32,000 nucleotides of DNA from Limnohabitans parvus II-B4 (GCF_003063455.1 NZ_NESN01000005.1:99506-131505); one strand, 5' to 3'; shown: positions 7,985-15,311, counted from the first letter of the stretch. Program-made: numbers and translations. Notes: a model not told the origin generated them from the letters alone.

Positions 7985-8395
7985 CCCAAGCGAACTCGCG
8001 TTCGCTGTGCACTCGCATGATGCGTCGCTGTCGCTCTGCATCATGCTCTGCACTGAATTTTTCTTGAGCAGACATGTGAGCAGCTGTGAACGAAGCCGAA
8101 CATCACGCAGTGATGGGAGGGGTATTGGGCTCATTTAGATTAGATTGGACACACGACGGCTATAGCACGAGAGCCACTCTGGTGCTATCAGCCGCCGTGT
8201 CGTGTAGTGTCATTTGAGTTGAGTCGTACTACACGCTCGTAAAAGAGTTTTAAGGGAGGCAGATGTATTGAAACTCCCAGTTGCGCATCGCAACCACTCT
8301 GCGGCATCACCTATTGCTCACACACCTTTACGACGATGTGTGTAGGGCGGGGTCATTAGCCGTCATATTCCAACCCGCGTTTTTGCCATTTTTTG
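7985..8395 (+). ncRNA. Hairpin-rich conserved noncoding element (structured RNA or folded-ssDNA site), copy 1
   Basis: No conserved ORF. Alignable to 22025-22400 with compensatory changes in several stems. The last covarying stem is followed by a T-rich tract on the + strand (GCGGG...CCCGC GTTTTT), which weakly suggests + orientation. Confidence 0.55.
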
Positions 8396-8432
8396 GCGAG
8401 TGACTTACTCGCATGAATTCCTCAGCTGCAGA

Positions 8433-8753
8433 TCAGCCAGCGCTGCCCAATTTCCTTTTGATCAACTTGGCGTATTTGCGCTGAGCTTGTTTGGTGATGT
8501 TCAAGACCTTGAAGCACTGACCTTGCGTGATCTTGCTGCGCTTGGCGCCATTGGCTGCACGCAGAAAATTATTCAGCGTGGCTGCTTGGTTTTGCTCCAG
8601 CAGCTTGACATGATTTTTTAGCGTGTTTGTTGCCAGCTTTTGCGCTTGGAACAGCTCTGCAGTGCCCACATAGATTTGATTGGCGTTGATGCCATTGCTT
8701 TTGAGCCATGCATCTGTCTTCTGCCTGTCCGTGATGTTCTTGAATGTTTCCAT
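8433..8753 (-). CDS. Hypothetical protein, about 106 aa (paralog 22461-22781); one arm of a divergent switch
   Basis: METFKNITDRQKTDAWLKSNGINAN... aligns with MNNYKNFKDDGLTADWLRDNGINVQ... in element C. An ATAAAT hexamer lies 6 nt upstream of the ATG and there is no Shine-Dalgarno sequence. Confidence 0.6.
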   Translation of the reverse strand: METFKNITDRQKTDAWLKSNGINANQIYVGTAELFQAQKLATNTLKNHVKLLEQNQAATLNNFLRAANGAKRSKITQGQCFKVLNITKQAQRKYAKLIKRKLGSAG

Positions 8754-8820
8754 GCAAGTATTTATGAATGCCAAATAAGACCGTGCTTTTTTCGTGGCGA
8801 TATTTGGCATAAATACCTGC

Positions 8821-9009
8821 ATGCAAATACATGAAGTCGTGATCAAGCCCAAAACGCCAGAGCAGCACCGCATTGATACCCTCAAAGCCACCAAAGACAG
8901 GGCAGCGGATGCTCTGGCTGTAGAACGTCAGCGCCAAAAGATCAGCAAGGCGCAGAAGGCAATGAATGCCGCACAGCAGTCAGCCAGCGTCACGCCCAAC
9001 GTCCCGTAA
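8821..9009 (+). CDS. Small hypothetical protein, 62 aa, M-x-I-x-E-[IV] family; other arm of the divergent switch
   Basis: MQIHEVVIKPKTPEQHRIDTLK... resembles MRINEIINTIKPKPPMTPAQSRLNSLK (element C) and MKISEI... (element B). An ATAAAT hexamer lies 6 nt upstream of the ATG. Confidence 0.5.
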   Translation: MQIHEVVIKPKTPEQHRIDTLKATKDRAADALAVERQRQKISKAQKAMNAAQQSASVTPNVP

Positions 9010-9151
9010 CTGGACGTTGAGTGTCGTGCGGCACGTCACCTTGCATCATGCGCAGCACATGACCCGTCATGTTCGCGGGTTTCTGGTCGCTGATGCCATC
9101 AAATGATCACAAAATTGTCTGTGCTTTACAAACATTTGAAAGGAAGAGCAC

Positions 9152-9595
9152 ATGACAGCCATTTTGAACACACTCAAATTGACCGCAGCACGCAAAACCC
9201 GTGCACTGCCCACAGTGGTCAAGCGTCGCAACAAACTCTTGATCAAACTGGGCGAGCAGCGCATGCTGGCAGATGCACAGGCGCAAGGACTGCATTACAC
9301 CCCCACACGTTACCGCTCATTCAAAGACGCTGACACTGGCGCACGCATCGCCAAACAAGTACCTGTTCGCATCAAGCCATGGTTTTGGATTGGGGAAAAG
9401 GGAGAGTGCTTGCTGGCAATCAACTACGGCAGCAAGCAAATTGAACTGCAAAAAGGAAAAACTGCCATTGACGTGGGTGACGTTGCAAACCTGTGTGCCG
9501 TGCTGGACACAGTGATTGACGCTGTGAAAAACGGTGAACTTGATCCGCAGATTGAGTCAGCCAGCGTGAAACTGCGCGAAGGCTTCAAGAAATAA
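9152..9595 (+). CDS. Conserved 147-aa integrase-associated hypothetical protein
   Basis: AAAGGAAG RBS. Near-identical paralogs at 16428-16871 and 23264-23707. Convergent with the integrase, and its 3' end overlaps the integrase 3' end. Confidence 0.8.
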   Translation: MTAILNTLKLTAARKTRALPTVVKRRNKLLIKLGEQRMLADAQAQGLHYTPTRYRSFKDADTGARIAKQVPVRIKPWFWIGEKGECLLAINYGSKQIELQKGKTAIDVGDVANLCAVLDTVIDAVKNGELDPQIESASVKLREGFKK

Positions 9596-10940
9596 CGGAT
9601 GGGCTGTGCTGACGAGTCCTGCGACTTTGCAGCATGCCAATGTTCTGCTCGCCCGTTACCGTGCTGGCGTAGTGCTGGTTGATCATGTCCACACTGGTGC
9701 GTGCATTGCGTGCCAGTGTCAGCAAGTCAATGCCTTGTCCGTATAGCAAACGGAAGGTGATGCTGGAATGGCGCAGACTGTACAAGCTGCGCTCTTGTCC
9801 GTGCGCACCCAACTTCAACCCAGTGCGTGCCAAAACCCAGTTGAAATAAAACGCCAGCACCCAGTGCGCATAAGCACGATCACGCAAGTACGGCAGGAAC
9901 AGGTAGTTGTCTGGTGCTGCAAGGTTCTGTGCGCTGTAGTGCTGCGTGATCTGTTGATAGATGCGCACTGCAGGCTGCAGCGTGACGATGGGGCGTGAGT
10001 GGCTTTTTGTTTTGGGCAAGTTCAGGCGCAGGTAAGTGTTGTCATTGCGCACCACTTCTACGTGTCTGTGCTTGAGGGTTTTCAAATCGCTTGGGCGTAT
10101 GAAGCTGTTGACCATAAAACCAATGCACCACGCAACATCTGGCGGCATGGTGTACTCAGCTGAGCGCAAACGGTAGTTTTTGCGCAGTGTGCTGTCGCTG
10201 TCAGGGTGTCTGGTGTGCTGCAGCTTGCGAGCAGTGCGCATGATCTGCCAGTATTCAGTGGGTGTAAAAGCGCCGCGACTGTTGGTTTGTACTTTGATCT
10301 TGGGAAACTCTGGCAGCTTGTCCAGCGCATTCACTGCCACAGCCAGTGTCAATATCTTGCGCACAGCAACCAAGTACTGGCTGACGGTGATGGTTGAGAA
10401 ACTCTTGCTCAGGTACTGAGTGAATACCAGCAGTTCAGCGTGATCCACAGCAGCAGGTGATAGTTTGCCCCAGCGCGGCAGTATGTGTGCATCCAGTCTG
10501 TTGCGCAGCACTTTCAAGCTGCCTGCTGAAAACTCACCGCGCTCCACACGAGCTTGTTCGTTTGTGATCATTTGCGCTGCCATTGCAGCAAATGTTTTCT
10601 GGGGTTTGACTGCAGTGGTCGCGAGAGATACGACACCTTGTATTGGCGTTGGTTTAATGCGCAAACTGGCAGACTGCGCCAGCAGTTGCTCGTAAAAGTC
10701 ACGTGCAAAGCTTTGAGCCATGCGCAGGCTTTGCGTCTGTGTGCTGCGTCTGTGTGTGCGTCCTTCAATCCAGCAGCGCACTTGCCAAAACTTGCTGGCA
10801 GCTATTTTGAACACAGATAGTTTGCGGGGATAGCCAGGTACTGGTGTGATGGTCGCAGGAATGGGCACTGTGCGCTCACGTGCTTGAGTGCGTAGCACTG
10901 GGTCGTTGGCTGCAGCTGCGGTAAAAACGGTCAACATCAC
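9585..10940 (-). CDS. Tyrosine-type site-specific integrase (451 aa), element A
   Basis: C-terminal catalytic contexts FIRPSDL (Arg), YSLRHSSITF (Arg-His) and MINQHYAS (Tyr). Paralogs occur in elements B and C. Confidence 0.9.
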   Translation of the reverse strand: MMLTVFTAAAANDPVLRTQARERTVPIPATITPVPGYPRKLSVFKIAASKFWQVRCWIEGRTHRRSTQTQSLRMAQSFARDFYEQLLAQSASLRIKPTPIQGVVSLATTAVKPQKTFAAMAAQMITNEQARVERGEFSAGSLKVLRNRLDAHILPRWGKLSPAAVDHAELLVFTQYLSKSFSTITVSQYLVAVRKILTLAVAVNALDKLPEFPKIKVQTNSRGAFTPTEYWQIMRTARKLQHTRHPDSDSTLRKNYRLRSAEYTMPPDVAWCIGFMVNSFIRPSDLKTLKHRHVEVVRNDNTYLRLNLPKTKSHSRPIVTLQPAVRIYQQITQHYSAQNLAAPDNYLFLPYLRDRAYAHWVLAFYFNWVLARTGLKLGAHGQERSLYSLRHSSITFRLLYGQGIDLLTLARNARTSVDMINQHYASTVTGEQNIGMLQSRRTRQHSPSVIS

Positions 10941-11183
10941 TCAAGCGTACTGTTGTACATCGCAAATGCAACCGCGCACAAAAACGGTTGAAGCGATTAA
11001 CAGGCGTAGTCTTGCCGTGTTGTTGCCGTGCTGCACCGTGTGCATCCACGCTGATAAAAAGACATGCTGCACACTGAACAGTTGTACACCAGCAGGTTTG
11101 CAACAAGCGTCACTTTTAGGTTGGGTGAACCTTGGCGTGCTCTTTTAAACTTTTCGGAATTTTGTGAGGAAAATCAAGCATTG
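10941..11183. promoter_or_regulatory. Conserved arm between integrase start and att core (attP P-arm-like), junction A/B
   Basis: About 243 bp, conserved with 18229-18472 and 25057-25303. Two direct GTTGTACA repeats at 10952-10959 and 11081-11088, exactly 129 bp apart in all three arms. Confidence 0.55.
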
Positions 11184-12295
11184 TTGCTCTGGCTGCTGTT
11201 GCTGCCACCGGCGCTGCTTTCGCACAATCCACCGTGACTTTGTTCGGTGGCGCTGACCTGAACTACCGCTCTGTCACTTCCGGCGCGAACAAGTTCAGCG
11301 GTATGGCTCAAGACGGTATCTACTCCAGCCGTTTTGGCGTGATGGGTACTGAAGATCTGGGCGGCGGCTTGAAGGCTGGCTTCCACTTCGAAGGCGGCAT
11401 GGCTCCTGACGTCGGCACTTCAACTGGCTTCAACTTCACACGCAAGTCCACCATCGGTTTGTCCGGCGGTTTCGGTGAAGTCCGCTTCGGCCGTGACTAC
11501 ACCCCTATGTTTACGGTCGCTGGTATCGCTGATCCATTCGGCACCAACGGTGTGGGTTCTTCCTACAACGTTGCTAACGGTGTGACCTCAGATGGCGTGA
11601 TTGCTGCAGCTGGTTCATTTGCAACAGCTCAAGCTGCTGCTGCCGCAACAACACCTGCCTCCACAGTTGCAGCTGGCGCTGTTTACGCTGATCCAAACGC
11701 TGTTCGCGCTAACAACAGCATTGCTTACTACAGCCCATCTTTCAGTGGTTTCACTGTTAGCGGTATGTACAGCTTCGGTGGCGAGAACACCAACGTGGCC
11801 AAGAAAGCTGGCACTATGTCCAGCATCAAATTGGCTTACGCCAACGGTCCAGTTTCCGTTGCTTTCGGTAACCAAATCACCAAAGGTGGCGTTGCAACAA
11901 CTTCCGCTGCTGACACTGAAAAGTGGACAACCAACTTCTTGGCTGGTGCTTATGACCTGGGCGTTGCTAAGTTGAGCTTGGGTTACAAAACTGACAAGTT
12001 GTCATTTGCTGACGACGCAAGTGTGAAGTCCATGATTTACGGTGTTGCTGCTCCTATGGGTGCTGTGACTTTGAAGGCTTCTTACGTTACTGCTAAGGCT
12101 GACGGCGATAAAATGGCAAACCAGTTCGCCTTGGGTGCAGTGTATGACCTGAGCAAGCGCACTTCTGCCTACGCTACTTACTCAACTCTGAAGAACGAAG
12201 AAGGTTCTGGTAAGAGCGTTGGTTCCGCTGCAGCTAGCGATTTCACTGGCCTGCGTTCCAAAGGCTTCGAAATCGGCGTGAAGCACACTTTCTAA
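11180..12295 (+). CDS. Porin, full-length but start-less and promoter-less copy 2
   Basis: The frame is open from 11168, after an in-frame TGA at 11165-11167. It encodes ..IVALAAVAATGAAFA|QSTVTLFGG..., then GTEDLGGG, and ends GVKHTF. There is no in-frame ATG; the track ORF starts at GTG 11234, inside the mature protein. Confidence 0.8.
   Translation: MVALAAVAATGAAFAQSTVTLFGGADLNYRSVTSGANKFSGMAQDGIYSSRFGVMGTEDLGGGLKAGFHFEGGMAPDVGTSTGFNFTRKSTIGLSGGFGEVRFGRDYTPMFTVAGIADPFGTNGVGSSYNVANGVTSDGVIAAAGSFATAQAAAAATTPASTVAAGAVYADPNAVRANNSIAYYSPSFSGFTVSGMYSFGGENTNVAKKAGTMSSIKLAYANGPVSVAFGNQITKGGVATTSAADTEKWTTNFLAGAYDLGVAKLSLGYKTDKLSFADDASVKSMIYGVAAPMGAVTLKASYVTAKADGDKMANQFALGAVYDLSKRTSAYATYSTLKNEEGSGKSVGSAAASDFTGLRSKGFEIGVKHTF
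11184..11247 (+). repeat. Candidate att core copy 2
   Basis: 64/64 identical to 4173-4236. Divergence is abrupt on both sides. Confidence 0.6.
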
Positions 12296-12301
12296 TTCCC
12301 C

Positions 12302-12364
12302 GCTGGCGCAAGCCAGCTGAGAGTTAAAAGACAAAACCCACCGTGGCAACACGGTGGGTTTTTT
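12302..12364 (+). terminator. Porin terminator module, copy 2
   Basis: GCTGGC-GCAA-GCCAGC at 12302-12317. CCCACCGTG-GCAA-CACGGTGGG at 12337-12358, then TTTTTT. Confidence 0.85.
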
Positions 12365-12443
12365 ATTGGCTGAACGCTGTGCGTTGCAGTCAGCAAATAA
12401 CTGCACTCAAGGGAAAACACTGGTGCAGTGTTGGTGATGTTGC

Positions 12444-12451
12444 TGATAAAT
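12444..12451 (+). promoter_or_regulatory. Extended -10-like promoter TGATAAAT, element B
   Basis: Positional homolog of 5348-5356. Confidence 0.35.
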
Positions 12452-12485
12452 TGATAAATGTGACAACAACACATTGGAGACACAA

Positions 12486-12725
12486 ATGACAGCGACAAAT
12501 GATCCGCAACAGCAACTTGAAGAGATGATTGCTGCGCAGAAACTGCTTGAAGAACAAATCAAACAGCAACGTGAAGTTGCGCGGCAAGCAGCTTTGGAAT
12601 CAATCAAGCGTTTGTATGAGTCACATGCATTCGAATACAAAGATGTAAAAGACTTCATCAAATCAACTCCCGCTCGCAAGACAACGCCACGCAAAACAGC
12701 GACAAGAAAAAAGCGCAGCACATAA
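12486..12725 (+). CDS. Small coiled-coil protein with basic tail, element B paralog
   Basis: GGAGA RBS then ATG at 12486. Sequence MTATNDPQQQLEEMIAAQKLLEEQ...LYESHAFEYKDVKDFI...TPARKTTPRKTATRKKRST. Confidence 0.7.
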   Translation: MTATNDPQQQLEEMIAAQKLLEEQIKQQREVARQAALESIKRLYESHAFEYKDVKDFIKSTPARKTTPRKTATRKKRST

Positions 12726-12750
12726 AGGCGTTGGAAAACTGCTCAAAGAA

Positions 12751-12786
12751 AAACAGCGTCACGCTTTGTGTACGCTGTTTTTTTAT
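12751..12786. terminator. Hairpin terminator between convergent genes
   Basis: AAACAGCGT-N12-ACGCTGTTT followed by a T run on the + strand. The upstream A run could serve the minus-strand gene. Confidence 0.6.
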
Positions 12787-12803
12787 GTGTGCGTGCAATG
12801 GTG

Positions 12804-13163
12804 TCAGTTGGTGCGTGGTGCTTGGTGTGCTTTGAAAAGATTTTGCTGTGCTTTTTGCAGCTTGCTGCGTGCTTTGACTTGCTGGGCTTGTTGGTTGAGT
12901 TGTTTGGCACGGTCGCGCATGGATTTGACTTGAAGCTCTGCGGCGGACAACGGTGCGGTGGTTTCGTCAATCGCTTGTTCGCGTGCAAACGGTAGCAGGG
13001 ACAGAACATTTACTGCTCCGTACTTTTCCGCGAGCAAGATTTTGGCATGCATGAAGTCGTCAGCGAGTGTGACGATTCGAGCGGTGATGGTCAATTGGTT
13101 TTTAACAACACGAACGGTGGCAATGAATGACAGTAGTGAATGAGTAATTTCGCTGATCTTCAT
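12804..13163 (-). CDS. Hypothetical protein, 119 aa, M-x-I-x-E-I family (longer relative of the 62/63-aa proteins)
   Basis: MKISEI N-terminus. The C-terminal PLSAAELQVKSMRDRAKQLNQQAQQVKARSKLQKAQ resembles the Gln/Lys-rich tails of the A and C proteins. An ATAAAT hexamer lies 6 nt upstream of the ATG. Confidence 0.55.
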   Translation of the reverse strand: MKISEITHSLLSFIATVRVVKNQLTITARIVTLADDFMHAKILLAEKYGAVNVLSLLPFAREQAIDETTAPLSAAELQVKSMRDRAKQLNQQAQQVKARSKLQKAQQNLFKAHQAPRTN

Positions 13164-13394
13164 GCAATTATTTATCGCACTGGCACAAGTGCGGTGACTG
13201 CGCTAGCTGTGCGGTGTTGTGCTAGCGCAGTGCGTCGTGATGCGGTAGAAATTGATTGAGAAAAAATGAATGAAACAAGTGCAGCAGAGGAATGTGAAAA
13301 ATCAATTGCATCGGCGCAAGTTGCAGCGATGCGGTGCACACGAAATGAATTGGGAATATTGCACGAAAATTTGCACGGCAAAATGAATTGCAAA

Positions 13395-13700
13395 AATCAA
13401 TCTATTTGGTTTTGTTGCGAAACTATTTGGTTCTAAATAAATATCAATGAGTGACAAAAAAGAGAAGATCAATTCATAGTGTGGTTGTTTAGAGATGTGT
13501 GTGTACGAGTTTGTGTGTTTGTATGTGTGTGATGTGCAAGCAAGTGAAGCAATCGTTAATGATGTGTTGCGCTGCGCTTACACATCTGTGAGCTTCATTC
13601 GCTTCGCTCATTCGTCACAATTTTCTTCAACTGCATTTGGTCTCAATTGATGGAAGTGGGATATGTATTATTTGAAGAATTACTATATGTGTAAGACATT
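13395..13700. other. AT-rich noncoding region with iteron-like repeats and a TG-rich tract (candidate origin or control region of element B)
   Basis: CTATTTGGTT at 13402-13411 and 13423-13432, 21 bp apart. A (TG)n-like tract at about 13480-13537. No credible ORF. Confidence 0.35.
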
Positions 13701-13736
13701 TTTAATGTCGCACACAGTGCAGCATGGGAGCAGTGC

Positions 13737-15311
13737 ATGACTGCGCAAACAATCAAGCTCACAGCAAGTGACGCTGTTGCAGCAGCACTCAAACGTGCAA
13801 TGCCCAAAACAAACAAAGCGCAATTGGCATTGGCAAAGTACATCAGCGTGCTTGAGCAGCATTTGGAGCAATCGCTGCTGCACATGGATGACAACATGTA
13901 CAGGTTTTTCAGACACTTTTATGTGAGCACGCACGATTTGACGCTGCAAGTGGGGCAGTTTGTGATTGATGGCAAAAGGCAGTACTTGCACAAGTGGCTG
14001 GAGTCAAACCGTTTGAATCTTGTTGCTGTGGTTTCAACAGGACAAAAAGGCGGGGATTATTCCACGGTGCAACTGACGCGGTATGTGACCATGACTGATG
14101 CCATGGACATCAATCAATTGCGCAAGAAGACGATAAATGAATTGGATGCATTGCTCAAAGACAATTCACTGACGGATTCGGATTTCTTTTACAAGATATT
14201 TCCAGACTTTGCCGCAATGAGCAAAGCAGAAGTTGATGAAAACTACGATCTGTGTCCAGTGGATGTGGCATCACTCAAACAGTTCATTGTGTTCTTGACC
14301 AAACGAGCAAACAAGATGAACGATGTGCAGCGGCAGATGTTGGTGCGACAAGCACAAGCGATTGTGAGAATTGCACAAGCGGGCAGCAACACATTGCCCA
14401 TGAAAAAGAATCCCAGTCACTTTGGGCGCATGTACTACACGGGTGCACTGAATGTGCAATCAATTAGAACAGTGCTGCGTCATGCCATGCTGGGCGACTG
14501 CTATGAATACGACATCCGTTCAAGTGTTGTGGCATGGAAGCTGGGTTTTGCTTGGATGATTTGCGAGAAAAATGGAATCGTACCGCATGAGTTCAATGCG
14601 TCATTTGCAACTTGCTTGAGTTATTTGACGGACAAAAAAGCATTCAGAGAAACAATCAGGCAGCAGACATTTGGCGGCGGTACGCATATCAGCGCGGACA
14701 TGCAGCTGGATGTGGTCAAACAAGCACTGACTGCAATCAGCTTTGGCGCGAGAAAGACAACACAAGGTTGGATTGATCGCAGCGGCAAAGCATTTAATCC
14801 TGCAATCGTCAAAATCATTGCAGATGAGCACGCACGCAGCAACTTCTACGCTTGTGCTGAGGCAGCAGCGTATATGGACGAGAACAAGCGCATGGACGAG
14901 ATCATCACTGAGTATGCAAAAGAAAACGATCCAGCACTGCTCGCAGACACCGAACTGCAAACAGCATCAGGACGAATAAGCAAAAGCAAATTGATGTCGT
15001 TCTTGTATCAACAGTCAGAGTCAATTGTGATGGACATTGTTCGCAGAGAAGTTGGTGCGGTTTACAAAACAGTTTTGGCGAACGTGCATGATGCCATTTA
15101 CATCAATGAGCGGCTGCACAGTGCAGACAAGAAACGAATTGAACTGCTGATGCGCAGAGAAACGGGATTGCAGTTTTGGTATTTGGATGAAGAAAAAATT
15201 ACGGGCTACAAAGGTATTTCTGACGAAGTGCGCAAGGCAGAGCTGGCACACAAGGCGTTGATTGCGCAGCAAGAACAGTTGGCAAAGAGCTACGTGCCCA
15301 AAAACTTCTGA
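13737..15311 (+). CDS. 524-aa protein with family-A (PolI/T7-like) polymerase palm-and-fingers-like motifs; candidate minimal polymerase
   Basis: GGGAG RBS. FGRMYYTGALNVQSIRTVLRHAM...CYEYDIRSSVVAWKL resembles TGRLSS-PNLQNIP-IRxAF-DYSQIELRVLAH. KQALTAISFGARK resembles motif B (AKxINFG). ANVHDAIYI resembles motif C (QVHDE). Confidence 0.45.
   Translation: MTAQTIKLTASDAVAAALKRAMPKTNKAQLALAKYISVLEQHLEQSLLHMDDNMYRFFRHFYVSTHDLTLQVGQFVIDGKRQYLHKWLESNRLNLVAVVSTGQKGGDYSTVQLTRYVTMTDAMDINQLRKKTINELDALLKDNSLTDSDFFYKIFPDFAAMSKAEVDENYDLCPVDVASLKQFIVFLTKRANKMNDVQRQMLVRQAQAIVRIAQAGSNTLPMKKNPSHFGRMYYTGALNVQSIRTVLRHAMLGDCYEYDIRSSVVAWKLGFAWMICEKNGIVPHEFNASFATCLSYLTDKKAFRETIRQQTFGGGTHISADMQLDVVKQALTAISFGARKTTQGWIDRSGKAFNPAIVKIIADEHARSNFYACAEAAAYMDENKRMDEIITEYAKENDPALLADTELQTASGRISKSKLMSFLYQQSESIVMDIVRREVGAVYKTVLANVHDAIYINERLHSADKKRIELLMRRETGLQFWYLDEEKITGYKGISDEVRKAELAHKALIAQQEQLAKSYVPKNF

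Larger units (their letters stand above)
4173..11183. mobile_element. Integrative element A (about 7.0 kb): porin, small basic protein, 302-aa protein, small recombinase, DUF6876-like protein, structured element, divergent small genes, 147-aa protein, integrase, arm
   Basis: Bounded by direct copies of the TTGCTCTGGCTG core. Lower GC and A-ending codon usage than the flanks. Gene order repeats in elements B and C. Confidence 0.6.

Noticed and set aside
7985-8395. Retron msr/msd, group II intron or bridge-RNA interpretation of the structured element
   Set aside because: There is no reverse transcriptase, intron-encoded protein or IS110-type transposase anywhere in the elements, and I see no YxDD motif.
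8910-8920. 11-nt match to the att core (TGCTCTGGCTG) inside the 62-aa ORF of element A
   Set aside because: It has no flanking similarity to the arms or to the signal-peptide context, and it is absent from the element C paralog. It is probably a chance Ala-Leu-Ala coding match.
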